This document shows positions 37,837 through 57,192 of a DNA stretch of 64,000 nt, piece after piece (position 1 is the stretch's first letter; every line of letters begins with the position of its first letter). The translations under genes were made by a program, and so were the position numbers. This stretch comes from the human T2T-CHM13v2.0 reference genome, Homo sapiens. The notes below the pieces were generated by a model. It saw only the letters and a program-made list of their open reading frames with translations. It did no database searches and had not been told where the DNA came from. The DNA lies in assembly GCF_009914755.1 (NCBI RefSeq), contig NC_060948.1; one strand, written 5' to 3'.

Positions 37837-39941
37837 AGATCCATATTTTTTAAATGAAAAAAAATTTCAAAGGTACTCTGCTTGGTACAATAATCAAATG
37901 TATAAACTGAGGAATAAAACATAACCATGAAACCTACTTATAACTTCATATGGAAAATACAGAGGATAATTTTTTAAATAACATATTTTGAAAGCCTTAA
38001 CTAGTAATTTGAAGAGTTGGCATTTGAAAGGCCAGTATGAATATACCTTCAAAGCAGCAACACAGGTTCCCCATGAGAAAAAGCAAACACAGGGAAAATA
38101 AAAACACAAAGGTTCAATCTCTTCTGACCTTTGAAAGACACAGCACAGACAGTGGTCCTTAGGACGAAGAGCAGGAGACCCCTAATTCCGTCACCATGGC
38201 GATAGGGCAGAAACATTGCTGGGTGAGGGCACAGTCCACATTGTGAGGTCCAACTGCTGCCAGGAAGACAGGAGTGCTTTTACATAGACCGAAAGGTCAT
38301 TGAAGGCTCAGAGTTTTGTTTCAAGAACTGAATCCCAAACCCACACGTTATTAGGCTGCGCTTCTTAAAACAAGTTATGAGATGGGAAAAAGGGCACCCA
38401 CAAACATACGTATACATTATGTATATAATAATATACAGTATCATATATATAATATATATAACCTATGTATAATATTGTTTTACATCCTGCATCTTATGTT
38501 ATATATATTGTATAAAATATAATAATTGATAATATATAAGTTTTATAATTATACAATATGACATATAGTATATATTATAATTTATGACATATATAATATA
38601 TGTTATATGTCATATATAGAATATATTATACGGTTAATATACGTATTAAATATAAATTATACATTATATATATTATATATAATATATCTGTTATATATAA
38701 TACCCATTATGCATAATATATATATTATGTCTATGTTATATATAGTATAAAACAACATATAATAATATATAATTGTATATATAAAATGCGACATATAATA
38801 TATATTATATTTTATAACATATGTAATATATATTATATATTATATATAATACGTTGTATGTATAATACCTATATTAAATACATATTATATGACTATGTTA
38901 TTAATTACATGTCACATGTGTTATATATTATATATTTTACATAGAATATACCGGTTACATACAATATATACTATGTTACCTATAATGTATAATTTATTAC
39001 ATGTAAAATAAAGAATGCAATATATTATGTAAAATTTATAATATACCATATGTGGAATGTGATATATATAACATATAATATATGATATATGATATACAGT
39101 ATATGATATATAACATACAATATATGATTCCTAATATATATGGTATACAATATATATTTTATGATATGTATTCTATATGTTTTATATTCTGTTATATATA
39201 ACTATTTGAAATTATATATAACTGTATAATATTTTATGTAAATATGTAATATAATATATATAACTATATAATATATGATATATAACTATATATTATGTTA
39301 TATATACTTTTATAACATAATTTACATAAAATATCATAATATAATATATATTATATTATTTCATATTACATAATATATATTACATATCACCCAATATAAC
39401 TAACATACATAATATTATAATATAGATTATATTATGTTATATTAAATATCATATATATCATGTATCATATATTCTATAATATATATTACACATTATATAA
39501 TATGTATGTTGTCTATTATGTGATATATATAACTATATATATAATTATATTTTTATACATATAACTAGATAAACATGTAATTCTACATATTTTCATTTAT
39601 AATATGTAGAATTATATAATCATATATAATTATTTATATTCTATAAAAAATTTTATCATTATATAAATTATAATATATAAAAATTATAATATGTACTACA
39701 AATATATATATTATATATCATATATGATATAGTACCTTTGTTATATATCATAATACATATAAATGTGTATTATGTTATCTATAATTATATAATTTCATAT
39801 ATAAGATGTATAATATGTATCATATATTATATATGTTATGTAATATATATAGTATATATAAGATGACACAGGATAAATATTATATACTATGACATATAAA
39901 ATATATGAGGTTATATGTTACATATAAGGCATAGCACATAA

Positions 39942-40256
<315 letters not shown>

Positions 40257-42359
40257 ATTTCCATATTTTTTAAATGAAAAAAAATTTCAAAGTTACTCTG
40301 CTTGGTACAATAATCAAATGTATAAACTGAGGAATAAAACATAACCATGAAACCTACTTATAACTGCATATGGAAAATACAGAGGATAATTTTTTAAATA
40401 ACATATTTTGAAAGCCTTAACTAGTAATTTGAAGAGCTGGCATTTGAAAGGCCAGTATGAATATACCTTCAAAGCAGCAACACAGGTTCCCCATGAGAAA
40501 AAGCAAACACAGGGAAAATAAAAACACAAAGGTTCAATCTCTTCTGACCTTTGAAAGACACAGCACAGACAGTGGTCCTTAGGACGAAGAGCAGGAGACC
40601 CCTAATTCCGTCACCATGGCGATAGGGCATAAACATTGCTGGGTGAGGGCACAATCCACATTGTGAGGTCCAACTGCTGCCAGGAAGACAGGAGTGCTTT
40701 TACATAGACCGAAAGGTCATTGAAGGCTCAGAGTTTTGTTTCAAGAACTGAATCCCAAGCCCACACGTTATTAGGCTGCGCTTCTTAAAACAAGTTATGA
40801 GATGGGAAAAAGGGCACCCACAAACATACGTATACATTATGTATATAATAATATACAGTATCATATATATAATATATATAACCTATGTATAATATTGTTT
40901 TACATCCTGCATCTTATGTTATATATATTGTATAAAATATAATAATTGATAATATATAAGTTTTATAATTATACAATATGACATATAGTATATATTATAA
41001 TTTAAGACATATATAATATATGTTATATATCATATATAGAATATATTATACGGTTAATATACGTATTAAATATAAATTATACATTATATATATTATATAT
41101 AATATATCTGTTATATATAATACCCATTATGCATAATATATATATTATGTCTATGTTATATATAGTATAAAACAACATATAATAATATATAATTGTATAT
41201 ATAAAATGTGACATATAATATATATTATATTTTATAACATATGTAATATATATTATATATTATATATAATACGTTGTATGTATAATACCTTTATTAAATA
41301 TACGTTATATGACTATGGTATTAATTACATGTCACATGTGTTATATATTATATATTTTACATAGAATATACCGGTTACATACAATATATACTATGTTACC
41401 TATAATGTATAATTTATTACATGTAAAATAAAGAATGCAATATATTATGTATAATTTATAATATACCATATGTGGAATGTGATATATATAACATATAATA
41501 TATGATATATGATATACAGTATATGATATATAACATACAATATATGATTCCTAATATATATGGTATACAATATATATTTTATGATATGTATTCTATATGT
41601 TTTATATTCTGTTATATATAACTATTTGAAATTATATATAAATGTATAATATTTTATGTAAATATGTAATATAATATATATAACTATATAATATATTATA
41701 TATAACTATATATTATGTTATATATACTTTTATAACATAATTTACATAAAATATCATAATATAATATATATTATATTATTTCATATTACATAATATATAT
41801 TACATATCACCCAATATAACTAACATACATAATATTGTAATATAGATTATATTATGTTATATTAAATATCATATATATCATGTATCATATATTCTATAAT
41901 ATATATTACACATTATATAATATGTATGTTGTCTACTATGTGATATATATAACTATATATAATTATATTTTTATACATATAACTAGATAAACATGTAATT
42001 CTACATATTTTCATTTATAATATGTAGAATTATATAATCATATATAATTATTTATATTCTATAAATAATTTTATCATTATATAAATTATAATAAATAGAA
42101 ATTATAATATGTACTACAAATATATATATTATATATCATATATGATATAGTACCTTTGTTATATATCATAATACATATAAATGTGTATTATGTTATCTAT
42201 AATTATATAATTTCATATATAAGATGTATAATATGTATCATATATTATATATGTTATGTAATATATATAGTATATATAAGATGACACATGATAAATATTG
42301 TATACTATGACATATAAAATATATCAGGTTATATGTTACATATAAGGCATAGCACATAA

Positions 42360-42674
<315 letters not shown>

Positions 42675-44779
42675 AGATCCATATTTTTTAAATGAAAAAA
42701 AATTTCAAAGTTACTCTGCTTGGTACAATAATCAAATGTATAAACTGAGGAATAAAACATAACCATGAAACCTACTTATAACTGCATATGGAAAATACAG
42801 AGGATAATTTTTTAAATAACATATTTTGAAAGCCTTAACTAGTAATTTGAAGAGCTGGCATTTGAAAGGCCAGTATGAATATACCTTCAAAGCAGCAACA
42901 CAGGTTCCCCATGAGAAAAAGCAAACACAGGGAAAATAAAAACACAAAGGTTCAATCTCTTCTGACCTTTGAAAGACACAGCACAGACAGTGGTCCTTAG
43001 GACGAAGAGCAGGAGACCCCTAATTCCGTCACCATGGCGATAGAGCATAAACGTTGCTGGGTGAGGGCAAAATCCACATTGTGAGGTCCAACTGCTGCCA
43101 GGAAGACAGGAGTGCTTTTACATAGACCGAAAGGTCATTGAAGGCTCAGAGTTTTGTTTCAAGAACAGAATCCCAAGCCCACACGTTATTAGGCTGCGCT
43201 TCTTAAAACAAGTTATGAGATGGGAAAAAGGGCACCCACAAACATACGTATACATTATGTATATAATAATATACAGTATCATTTATATAATATATATAAC
43301 CTATGTATAATATTGTTTTACATCCTGCATCTTATGTTATATATATTGTATAAAATATAATAATTGATAATATATAAGTTTTATAATTATACAATATGAC
43401 ATATAGTATATATTATAATTTATGACATATATAATATATGTTATATGTCATATATAGAATATATTATACGGTTAATATACGTATTAAATATAAATTATAC
43501 ATTATATATATTATATATAATATATCTGTTATATATAATACCCATTATGCATAATATATATATTATGTCTATGTTATATATAGTATAAAACAACATATAA
43601 TAATATATAATTGTATATATAAAATGCGACATATAATATATATTATATTTTATAACATATGTAATATATATTATATATTATATATAATACGTTGTATGTA
43701 TAATACCTATATTAAATATATATTATATGACTATGTTATTAATTATATGTCACATGTGTTATATATTATATATTTTACATAGAATATACCGGTTACATAC
43801 AATATATACTATGTTACCTATAATGTATAATTTATTACATGTAAAATAAAGAATGCAATATATTATGTATAATTTATAATATACCATATGTGGAATGTGA
43901 TATATATAACATATAATATATGATATATGATATACAGTATATGATATATAACATACAATATATGATTCCTAATATATATGGTATACAATATATATTTTAT
44001 GATATGTATTCTATATGTTTTATATTCTGTTATATATAACTATTTGAAATTATATATAACTGTATAATATTTTATGTAAATATGTAATATAATATATATA
44101 ACTATATAATATATTATATATAACTATATATTATGTTATATATACTTTTATAACATGATTTACATCAAATATCATAATATAATATATATTATATTATTTC
44201 ATATTACATAATATATATTACATATCACCCAATATAACTAACATACATAATATTATAATATAGATTATATTATGTTATATTAAATACCATATATATCATG
44301 TATCATATATTCTATAATATATATTACACATTATATAATATGTATGTTCTCTATTATGTGATATATATAACTATATATATAATTATATTTTTATACATAT
44401 AACTAGATAAACATGTAATTCTACATATTTTCATTTATAATATGTAGAATTATATAATCATATATAATTATTTATATTCTATAAAAAATTTTATCATTAT
44501 ATAAATTATAATATATAAAAATTATAATATGTACTACAAATATATATATTATATATCATATATGCTATAGTACCTTTGTTATATATCATAATACATATAA
44601 ATGTGTATTATGTTATCTATAATTATATAATTTCATATATAAGATGTATAATATATATCATATATTATATATGTTATGTAATATATATAGTATATATAAG
44701 ATGACACAGGATAAATATTATATACTATGACATATAAAATATATGAGGTTATATGTTACATATAAGGCATAGCACATAA

Positions 44780-45094
<315 letters not shown>

Positions 45095-47199
45095 AGATCC
45101 ATATTTTTTAAATGAAAAAAAATTTCAAAGGTACTCTGCTTGGTACAATAATCAAATGTATAAACTGAGGAATAAAACATAACCATGAAACCTACTTATA
45201 ACTTCATATGGAAAATACAGAGGATAATTTTTTAAATAACATATTTTGAAAGCCTTAACTAGTAATTTGAAGAGTTGGCATTTGAAAGGCCAGTATGAAT
45301 ATACCTTCAAAGCAGCAACACAGGTTCCCCATGAGAAAAAGCAAACACAGGGAAAATAAAAACACAAAGGTTCAATCTCTTCTGACCTTTGAAAGACACA
45401 GCACAGACAGTGGTCCTTAGGACGAAGAGCAGGAGACCCCTAATTCCGTCACCATGGCGATAGGGCAGAAACATTGCTGGGTGAGGGCACAGTCCACATT
45501 GTGAGGTCCAACTGCTGCCAGGAAGACAGGAGTGCTTTTACATAGACCGAAAGGTCATTGAAGGCTCAGAGTTTTGTTTCAAGAACTGAATCCCAAACCC
45601 ACACGTTATTAGGCTGCGCTTCTTAAAACAAGTTATGAGATGGGAAAAAGGGCACCCACAAACATACGTATACATTATGTATATAATAATATACAGTATC
45701 ATATATATAATATATATAACCTATGTATAATATTGTTTTACATCCTGCATCTTATGTTATATATATTGTATAAAATATAATAATTGATAATATATAAGTT
45801 TTATAATTATACAATATGACATATAGTATATATTATAATTTATGACATATATAATATATGTTATATGTCATATATGGAATATATTATACGGTTAATATAC
45901 GTATTAAATATAAATTATACATTATATATATTATATATAATATATCTGTTATATATAATACCCATTATGCATAATATATATATTATGTCTATGTTATATA
46001 TAGTATAAAACAACATATAATAATATATAATTGTATATATAAAATGCGACATATAATATATATTATATTTTATAACATATGTAATATATATTATATATTA
46101 TATATAATACGTTGTATGTATAATACCTATATTAAATACATATTATATGACTATGTTATTAATTACATGTCACATGTGTTATATATTATATATTTTACAT
46201 AGAATATACCGGTTACATACAATATATACTATGTTACCTATAATGTATAATTTATTACATGTAAAATAAAGAATGCAATATATTATGTAAAATTTATAAT
46301 ATACCATATGTGGAATGTGATATATATAACATATAATATATGATATATGATATACAGTATATGATATATAACATACAATATATGATTCCTAATATATATG
46401 GTATACAATATATATTTTATGATATGTATTCTATATGTTTTATATTCTGTTATATATAACTATTTGAAATTGTATATAACTGTATAATATTTTATGTAAA
46501 TATGTAATATAATATATATAACTATATAATATATGATATATAACTATATATTATGTTATATATACTTTTATAACATAATTTACATAAAATATCATAATAT
46601 AATATATATTATATTATTTCATATTACATAATATATATTACATATCACCCAATATAACTAACATACATAATATTATAATATAGATTATATTATGTTATAT
46701 TAAATATCATATATATCATGTATCATATATTCTATAATATATATTACACATTATATAATATGTATGTTGTCTATTATGTGATATATATAACTATATATAT
46801 AATTATATTTTTATACATATAACTAGATAAACATGTAATTCTACATATTTTCATTTATAATATGTAGAATTATATAATCATATATAATTATTTATATTCT
46901 ATAAAAAATTTTATCATTATATAAATTATAATATATAAAAATTATAATATGTACTACAAATATATATATTATATATCATATATGATATAGTACCTTTGTT
47001 ATATATCATAATACATATAAATGTGTATTATGTTATCTATAATTATATAATTTCATATATAAGATGTATAATATGTATCATATATTATATATGTTATGTA
47101 ATATATATAGTATATATAAGATGACACAGGATAAATATTATATACTATGACATATAAAATATATGAGGTTATATGTTACATATAAGGCATAGCACATAA

Positions 47200-47514
<315 letters not shown>

Positions 47515-49617
47515 AGATCCGTATTTTTTAAATGAAAAAAAATTTCAAAGGTACTCTGCTTGGTACAATAATCAAATGTATAAACTGAGGAATAAAACAT
47601 AACCATGAAACCTACTTATAACTGCATATGGAAAATACAGAGGATAATTTTTTAAATAACATATTTTGAAAGCCTTAACTAGTAATTTGAAGAGTTGGCA
47701 TTTGAAAGGCCAGTATGAATATACCTTCAAAGCAGCAACACAGGTTCCCCATGAGAAAAAGCAAACACAGGGAGAATAAAAACACAAAGGTTCAATCTCT
47801 TCTGACCTTTGAAAGACACAGCACAGACAGTGGTCCTTAGGACGAAGAGCAGGAGACCCCTAATTCCGTCACCATGGCGATAGGGCATAAACATTGCTGG
47901 GTGAGGGCACAATCCACATTGTGAGGTCCAACTGCTGCCAGGAAGACAGGAGTGCTTTTACATAGACCGAAAGGTCATTGAAGGCTCAGAGTCTTGTTTC
48001 AAGAACTGAATCCCAAGCCCACGCGTTATTAGGCTGCGCTTCTTAAAACAAGTTATGAGATGGGAAAAAGGGCACCCACAAACATACGTATACATTATGT
48101 ATATAATAATATACAGTATCATATATATAATATATATAACCTATGTATAATATTGTTTTACATCCTGCATCTTATGTTATATATATTGTATAAAATATAA
48201 TAATAGATAATATATAAGTTTTATAATTATACAATATGACATATAGTATATATTATAATTTATGACATATATAATATATGTTATATATCATATATAGAAT
48301 ATATTATACGGTTAATATACGTATTAAATATAAATTATACATTATATATATTATATATAATATATCTGTTATATATAATACCCATTATGCATAATATATA
48401 TATTATGTCTATGTTATATATAGTATAAAACAACATATAATAATATATAATTGTATATATAAAATGCGACATAGAATATATATTATATTTTATAAAATAT
48501 GTAATATATATTATATATTATATATAATACGTTGTATGTATAATACCTATATTAAATATATATTATATGACTATGTTATTAATTACATGTCACATGTGTT
48601 ATATATTATATATTTTACATAGAATATACCGGTTACATACAATATATACTATGTTACATATAATGTATAATTTATTACATGTAAAATAAAGAATGCAATA
48701 TATTATGTATGATTTATAATATACAATATGTGGAATGTGATATATGTAACATATAATATATGATATATGATATACAGTATATGATATATAACATACAATA
48801 TATGATTCCTAATATATATGGTATACAATATATATTTTATGATATGTATTCTATATGTTTTATATTCTGTTATATATAACTATTTGAAATTATATATAAC
48901 TGTATAATATTTTATGTAAATATGTAATGTAATATATAACTATATAATATATTATATATAACTATATATTATGTTATATATACTTTTATAACATAATTTA
49001 CATAAAATATCATAATATAATATATATTATATTATTTCATATTACATAATATATATTACATATCAACCAATATAACTAACATACATAATATTATAATATA
49101 GATTATATTATGTTATATTAAATATCATATATATCATGTATCATATATTCTATAATATATATTACACATTATATAATATGTATGTTGTCTATTATGTGAT
49201 ATATATAACTATATATATAATTATATTTTTATACATATAACTAGATAAACATGTAATTCTACATATTTTCATTTATAATATGTAGAATTATATAATCATA
49301 TATAATTATTTATATTCTATAAAAAATTTTATCATTATATAAATTATAATATATAAAAATTATAATATGTACTACAAATATATATATTATATATCATATA
49401 TGATATAGTACCTTTGTTATATATCATAATACATATAAATGTGTATTATGTTATCTATAATTATATAATTTCATATATAAGATGTATAATATGTATCATA
49501 TATTATATATGTTATGTAATATATATAGTATATATAAGATGACACAGGATAAATATTATATACTATGACATATAAAATATATGAGGTTATATGTTACATA
49601 TAAGGCATAGCACATAA

Positions 49618-49932
<315 letters not shown>

Positions 49933-52060
49933 AGATCCGTATTTTTTAAATGAAAAAAAATTTCAAAGGTACTCTGCTTGGTACAATAATCAAATGTATA
50001 AACTGAGGAATAAAACATAACCATGAAACCTACTTATAACTGCATATGGAAAATACAGAGGATAATTTTTTAAATAACATATTTTGAAAGCCTTAACTAG
50101 TAATTTGAAGAGTTGGCATTTGAAAGGCCAGTATGAATATACCTTCAAAGCAGCAACACAGGTTCCCCATGTGAAAAAGCAAACACAGGGAAAATAAAAA
50201 CACAAAGGTTCAATCTCTTCTGACCTTTGAAAGACACAGCACAGACAGTGGTCCTTAGGACGAAGAGCAGGAGACCCCTAATTCCGTCACCATGGCGATA
50301 GGGCATAAACATTGCTGGGTGAGGGCACAATCCACATTGTGAGGTCCAACTGCTGCCAGGAAGACAGGAGTGCTTTTACATAGACCGAAAGGTCATTGAA
50401 GGCTCAGAGTTTTGTTTCAAGAACTGAATCCCAAGCCCACGCGTTATTAGGCTGCGCTTCTTAAAACAAGTTATGAGATGGGAAAAAGGGCACCCACAAA
50501 CATACGTATACATTATGTATATAATAATATACAGTATCATATATATAATATATATAACCTATGTATAATATTGTTTTACATCCTGCATCTTATGATATAT
50601 ATATTTTATAAAATATAATAATTGATAATATATAAGTTTTATAATTATACAATATGACATATAGTATATATTATAATTTATGACATATATAATATATGTT
50701 ATATATCATATAGAGAATATATTATACGGTTAATATACGTATTAAATATAAATTATACATTATATATATTATATATAATATATCTGTTATATATAATACC
50801 CATTATGCATAATATATATATTATGTCTACGTTATATATAGTATAAAACAACATATAATAATATATAATTGTATATATAAAATGCGACATAGAATATATA
50901 TTATATTTTATAACATATGTAATATATATTATATATTATATATAATACGTTGTATGTATAATACCTATATTAAATATATATTATATGACTATGTTATTAA
51001 TTACATGTCACATGTGTTATATATTATATATTTTACATAGAATATACCGGTTACATACAATATATACTATGTTACCTATAATGTATAATTTATTACATGT
51101 AAAATAAAGAATGCAATATATTATGTATAATTTATAATATACAATATGTGGAATGTGATATATATAACATATAATATATGATATATGATATACAGTATAT
51201 GATATATAACATACAATATATGATTCCTAATATATATGGTATACAATATATATTTTATGATATGTATTCTATATGTTTTATATTCTGTTATATATAACTA
51301 TTTGAAATTATATATAACTGTATAATATTTTACGTAAATATGTAATATAATATATATAACTATATAATATATTATATATAACTATATATTATGTTATATA
51401 TACTTTTATAACATAATTTACATAAAATATCATAATATAATATATATTATATTATTTCATATTACATAATATATATTACATATCACCCAATATAACTAAC
51501 ATACATAATATTATAATATAGATTATATTGTGTTATATTATATATCATATATATCATGTATCATATATTCTATAATATATATTACACATTATATAATATG
51601 TATGTTGTCTATTATGTGATATATATAACTCTATATATATTTATATTTTTATACATATAACTAGATAAACATGTAATTCTACATATTTTCACTTATAATA
51701 TGTAGAATTACATAATCATATATAATTATTTATATTCTATAAAAAATTTTATCATTATATAAATTATAATATATAAAAATTATAATATGTACTACAAATA
51801 TATATATTATATATCATATATGATATAGTACCTTTGTTATATTTCATAATACATATAAATGTGTATTATGTTATCTATAATTATATAATTTCATATATAA
51901 GATGTATAATATGTATCATATATTATATATGTTATGTAATATATATAGTATATATAAGATGACACAGGATAAATATTATATACTATGACATATAAAATAT
52001 ATGAGGTTATATGTTACATATAAGGCATAGCACATAACATGTAATATATATCATATATAA

Positions 52061-52352
52061 TTTTTTTTTAGACAGAATCTTGTCCTGTTGCACAGGGTGG
52101 GGTACAATGGCGCCATCTTTGCTCACTGCAACTTCTGCCTCACAGGTCCAAGCGATTGTCCTCCCTCAGCCTCCCAGGTAGCTGGGACTACACCACACTG
52201 GGACTACACCAGCTGCCACCATGCCTAGCTAATTTTTTGGATTTTTAGTAGTGACAGCGTTTCACTGTATTGGCCAGGATGGTCTTGATCTCTTCACCTT
52301 GTGATCCCCTTGCCTTGGCCTCCAAATTTGCTGGGATTACAGGCCTGAGCCA
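52061..52352 (-). mobile_element. DYZ2 Alu copy U22
   Basis: Same motifs; U12-type CTCACAGGTCC. Confidence 0.93.
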
Positions 52353-54457
52353 AGATCCATATTTTTTAAATGAAAAAAAATTTCAAAGGTACTCTGCTTG
52401 GTACAATAATCAAATGTATAAACTGAGGAATAAAACATAACCATGAAACCTACTTATAACTGCATATGGAAAATACAGAGGATAATTTTTTAAATAACAT
52501 ATTTTGAAAGCCTTAACTAGTAATTTGAAGAGTTGGCATTTGAAAGGCCAGTATGAATATACCTTCAAAGCAGCAACACAGGTTCCCCATGAGAAAAAGC
52601 AAACACAGGGAAAATAAAAACACAAAGGTTCAATCTCTTCTGACCTTTGAAAGACACAGCACAGACAGTGGTCCTTAGGACGAAGAGCAGGAGACCCCTA
52701 ATTCCGTCACCATGGCGATAGGGCATAAACATTGCTGGGTGAGGGCACAATCCACATTGTGAGGTCCAACTGCTGCCAGGAAGACAGGAGTGCTTTTACA
52801 TAGACCGAAAGGTCATTGAAGGCTCAGAGTTTTGTTTCAAGAACTGAATCCCAAGCCCACACGTTATTAGGCTGCGCTTCTTAAAACAACTTATGAGATG
52901 GTAAAAAGGGCACCCACAAACATACGTATACATTATGTATATAATAATATACAGTATCATATATATAATATATATAACCTATGTATAATATTGTTTTACA
53001 TCCTGCATCTTATGTTCTATATATTGTATAAAATATAATAATTGATAATATATAAGTTTTATAATTATACAATATGACATATAGTATATATTATAATTTA
53101 TGACATATATAATATATGTTATATGTCATATATAGAATATATTATACGGTTAATATACGTATTAAATATAAATTATACATTATATATATTATATATAATA
53201 TATCTGTTATATATAATACCCATTATGCTTAATATATATATTATGTCTACGTTATATATAGTATAAAACAACATATAATAATATATAATTGTATATATAA
53301 AATGCGACATATAATATATATTATATTTTATAACATATGTAATATATATTATATATTATATATAATACGTTGTATGTATAATACCTATATTAAATATATA
53401 TTATATGACTATGTTATTAATTACATGTCACATGTGTTATATATTATATATTTTACATAGAATATACCGGTTACATTCAATATATACTATGTTACCTATA
53501 ATGTATAATTTATTACATGTAAAATAAAGAATGCAATATATTATGTATAATTTATAATATACCATATGTGGAATGTGATATATATAACATATAATATATG
53601 ATATATGATATACAGTATATGATATATAACATACAATATATGATTCCTAATATATATGGTATACAATATATATTTTATGATATGTATTCTATATGTTTTA
53701 TATTCTGTTATATATAACTAGTTGAAATTATATATAACTGTATAATATTTTAGGTAAATATGTAATATAATATATATAACTATATAATATATTATATATA
53801 ACTATATATTATGTTATATATACTTTTATAACATAATTTACATAAAATATCATAACGTAATATATATTATATTATTTCATATTACATAATATATATTACA
53901 TATCACCCAATATAACTAACATACATAATATTATAATATAGATAATATTGTGTTATATTAAGTATCATATATATCATGTATCATATATTCTATAATATAT
54001 ATTACACATTATATAATATGTATGTTGTCTATTATGTGATATATATAACTCTATATATAATTATATTTTTATACATATAACTAGATAAACATGTAATTCT
54101 ACATATTTTCATTTATAATATGTAGAATTATATAATCATATATAATTATTTATATTCTATAAAAAATTTTATCATTATATAAATTATAATATATAAAAAT
54201 TATAATATGTACTACAAATATATATATTATATATCATATATGATATAGTACCTTTGTTATATATCATAATACATATAAATGTGTATTATGTTATCTATAA
54301 TTCTATAATTTCATATATAAGATGTATAATATGTATCATATATTATATATGTTATGTAATATATATAGTATATATAAGATGACACAGGATAAATATTATA
54401 TACTATGACATATAAAATATATGAGGTTATATGTTACATATAAGGCATAGCACATAA

Positions 54458-54772
<315 letters not shown>

Positions 54773-56900
54773 AGATCCATATTTTTTAAATGAAAAAAAA
54801 TTTCAAAGGTACTCTGCTTGGTACAATAATCAAATGTATAAACTGAGGAATAAAACATAACCATGAAACCTACTTATAACTGCATATGGAAAATACAGAG
54901 GATAATTTTTTAAATAACATATTTTGAAAGCCTTAACTAGTAATTTGAAGAGTTGGCATTTGAAAGGCCAGTATGAATATACCTTCAAAGCAGCAACACA
55001 GGTTCCCCATGAGAAAAAGCAAACACAGGGAAAATAAAAACACAAAGGTTCAATCTCTTCTGACCTTTGAAAGACACAGCACAGACAGTGGTCCTTAGGA
55101 CGAAGAGCAGGAGACCCCTAATTCCGTCACCATGGCGATAGGGCATAAACATTGCTGGGTGAGGGCACAATCCACATTGTGAGGTCCAACTGCTGCCAGG
55201 AAGACAGTAGTGCTTTTACATAGACCGAAAGGTCATTGAAGGCTTAGAGTTTTGTTTCAAGAACTGAATCCAAAGCCCACAAGTTATTAGGCTGCGCTTC
55301 TTAAAACAAGTTATGAGATGGGAGAAAGGGCACCCACAAACATACGTATACATTATGTATATAATAATATACAGTATCATTTATATAATATATATAACCT
55401 ATGTATAATATTGTTTTACATCCTGCATCTTATGTTATATATATTGTATAAAATATAATAATTGATAATATATAAGTTTTATATTTATACAATATGACAT
55501 ATAGTATATATTATAATTTATGACATATATAATATATGTTATATATCATATATAGAATATATTATACGGTTAATATACGTATTAAATATAAATTATACAT
55601 TATATATATTATATATAATATATCTGTTATATATAATACCCATCATGCATAATATATATATTATGTCTATGTTATATATAGTATAAAACAACATATAATA
55701 ATATATAATTGTATATATAAAATGCGACATATAATATATATTATATTTTATAACATATGTAATATATATTATATATTATATATAATACGTTGTATGTATA
55801 ATACCTATATTAAATATATATTATATGACTATGTTATTAATTACATGTCACATGTGTTATATATTATATATTTTACATAGAATATACCGGTTACATACAA
55901 TATATACTATGTTACCTATAATGTATAATTTATTACATGTAAAATAAAGAATGCAATATATTATGTATAATTTATAATATACCATATGTGGAATGTGATA
56001 TATATAACATATAATATATGATATATGATATACAGTATATGATATATAACATACAATATATGATTCCTAATATATATGGTATACAATATATATTTTATGA
56101 TATGTATTCTATATGTTTTATATTCTGTTATATATAACTAGTTGAAATTATATATAACTGTATAATATTTTATGTAAATATGTAATATAATATATATAAC
56201 TATATAATATATTATATATAACTATATATTATGTTATATATACTTTTATAACATAATTTACATAAAATATCATAATATAATATATATTATATTATTTCAT
56301 ATTACATAATATATATTACATATCACCCAATATAACTAACATACATAATATTATAATATAGATTATATTATGTTATATTAAATATCATATATATCATGTA
56401 TCATATATTCTATAATATATATTACACATTATATAATATGTATGTTGCCTATTATGTGATATATATAACTATATATATAATTATATTTTTATACATATAA
56501 CTAGATAAACATGTAATTCTACATATTTTCATTTATAATATGTAGAATTATATAGTCATATATAATTATTTATATTCTATAAAAAATTTTATCATTATAT
56601 AAATTATAATATATAAAAATTATAATATGTACTAGAAATATATATATTATATATCATATATGCTATAGTACCTTTGTTATATATCATAATACATATAAAT
56701 GTGTATTATGTTATCTATAATTATATAATTTCATATATAACTTGTATAATATGTATCATATATTATATATGTTATGTAATATATATAGTATATATAAGAT
56801 GACACAGGATAAATATTATATACTATGACATATAAAATATATGAGGTTATATGTTACATATAAGGCATAGCACATAACATGTAATATATATCATATATAA

Positions 56901-57192
56901 TTTTTTTTTAGACAGAATCTTGTCCTGTTGCACAGGGTGGGGTACAATGGCGCCATCTTTGCTCACTGCAACTTCTGCCTCACAGGTCCAAGCGATTGTC
57001 CTCCCTCAGCCTCCCAGGTAGCTGGGACTACACCACACTGGGACTACACCAGCTGCCACCATGCCTAGCTAATTTTTTGGATTTTTAGTAGTGACAGCGT
57101 TTCACTGTATTGGCCAGGATGGTCTTGATCTCTTCACCTTGTGATCCCCTTGCCTTGGCCTCCAAATTTGCTGGGATTACAGGCCTGAGCCA
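56901..57192 (-). mobile_element. DYZ2 Alu copy U24
   Basis: Same motifs; U12/U22-type CTCACAGGTCC. Confidence 0.93.
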
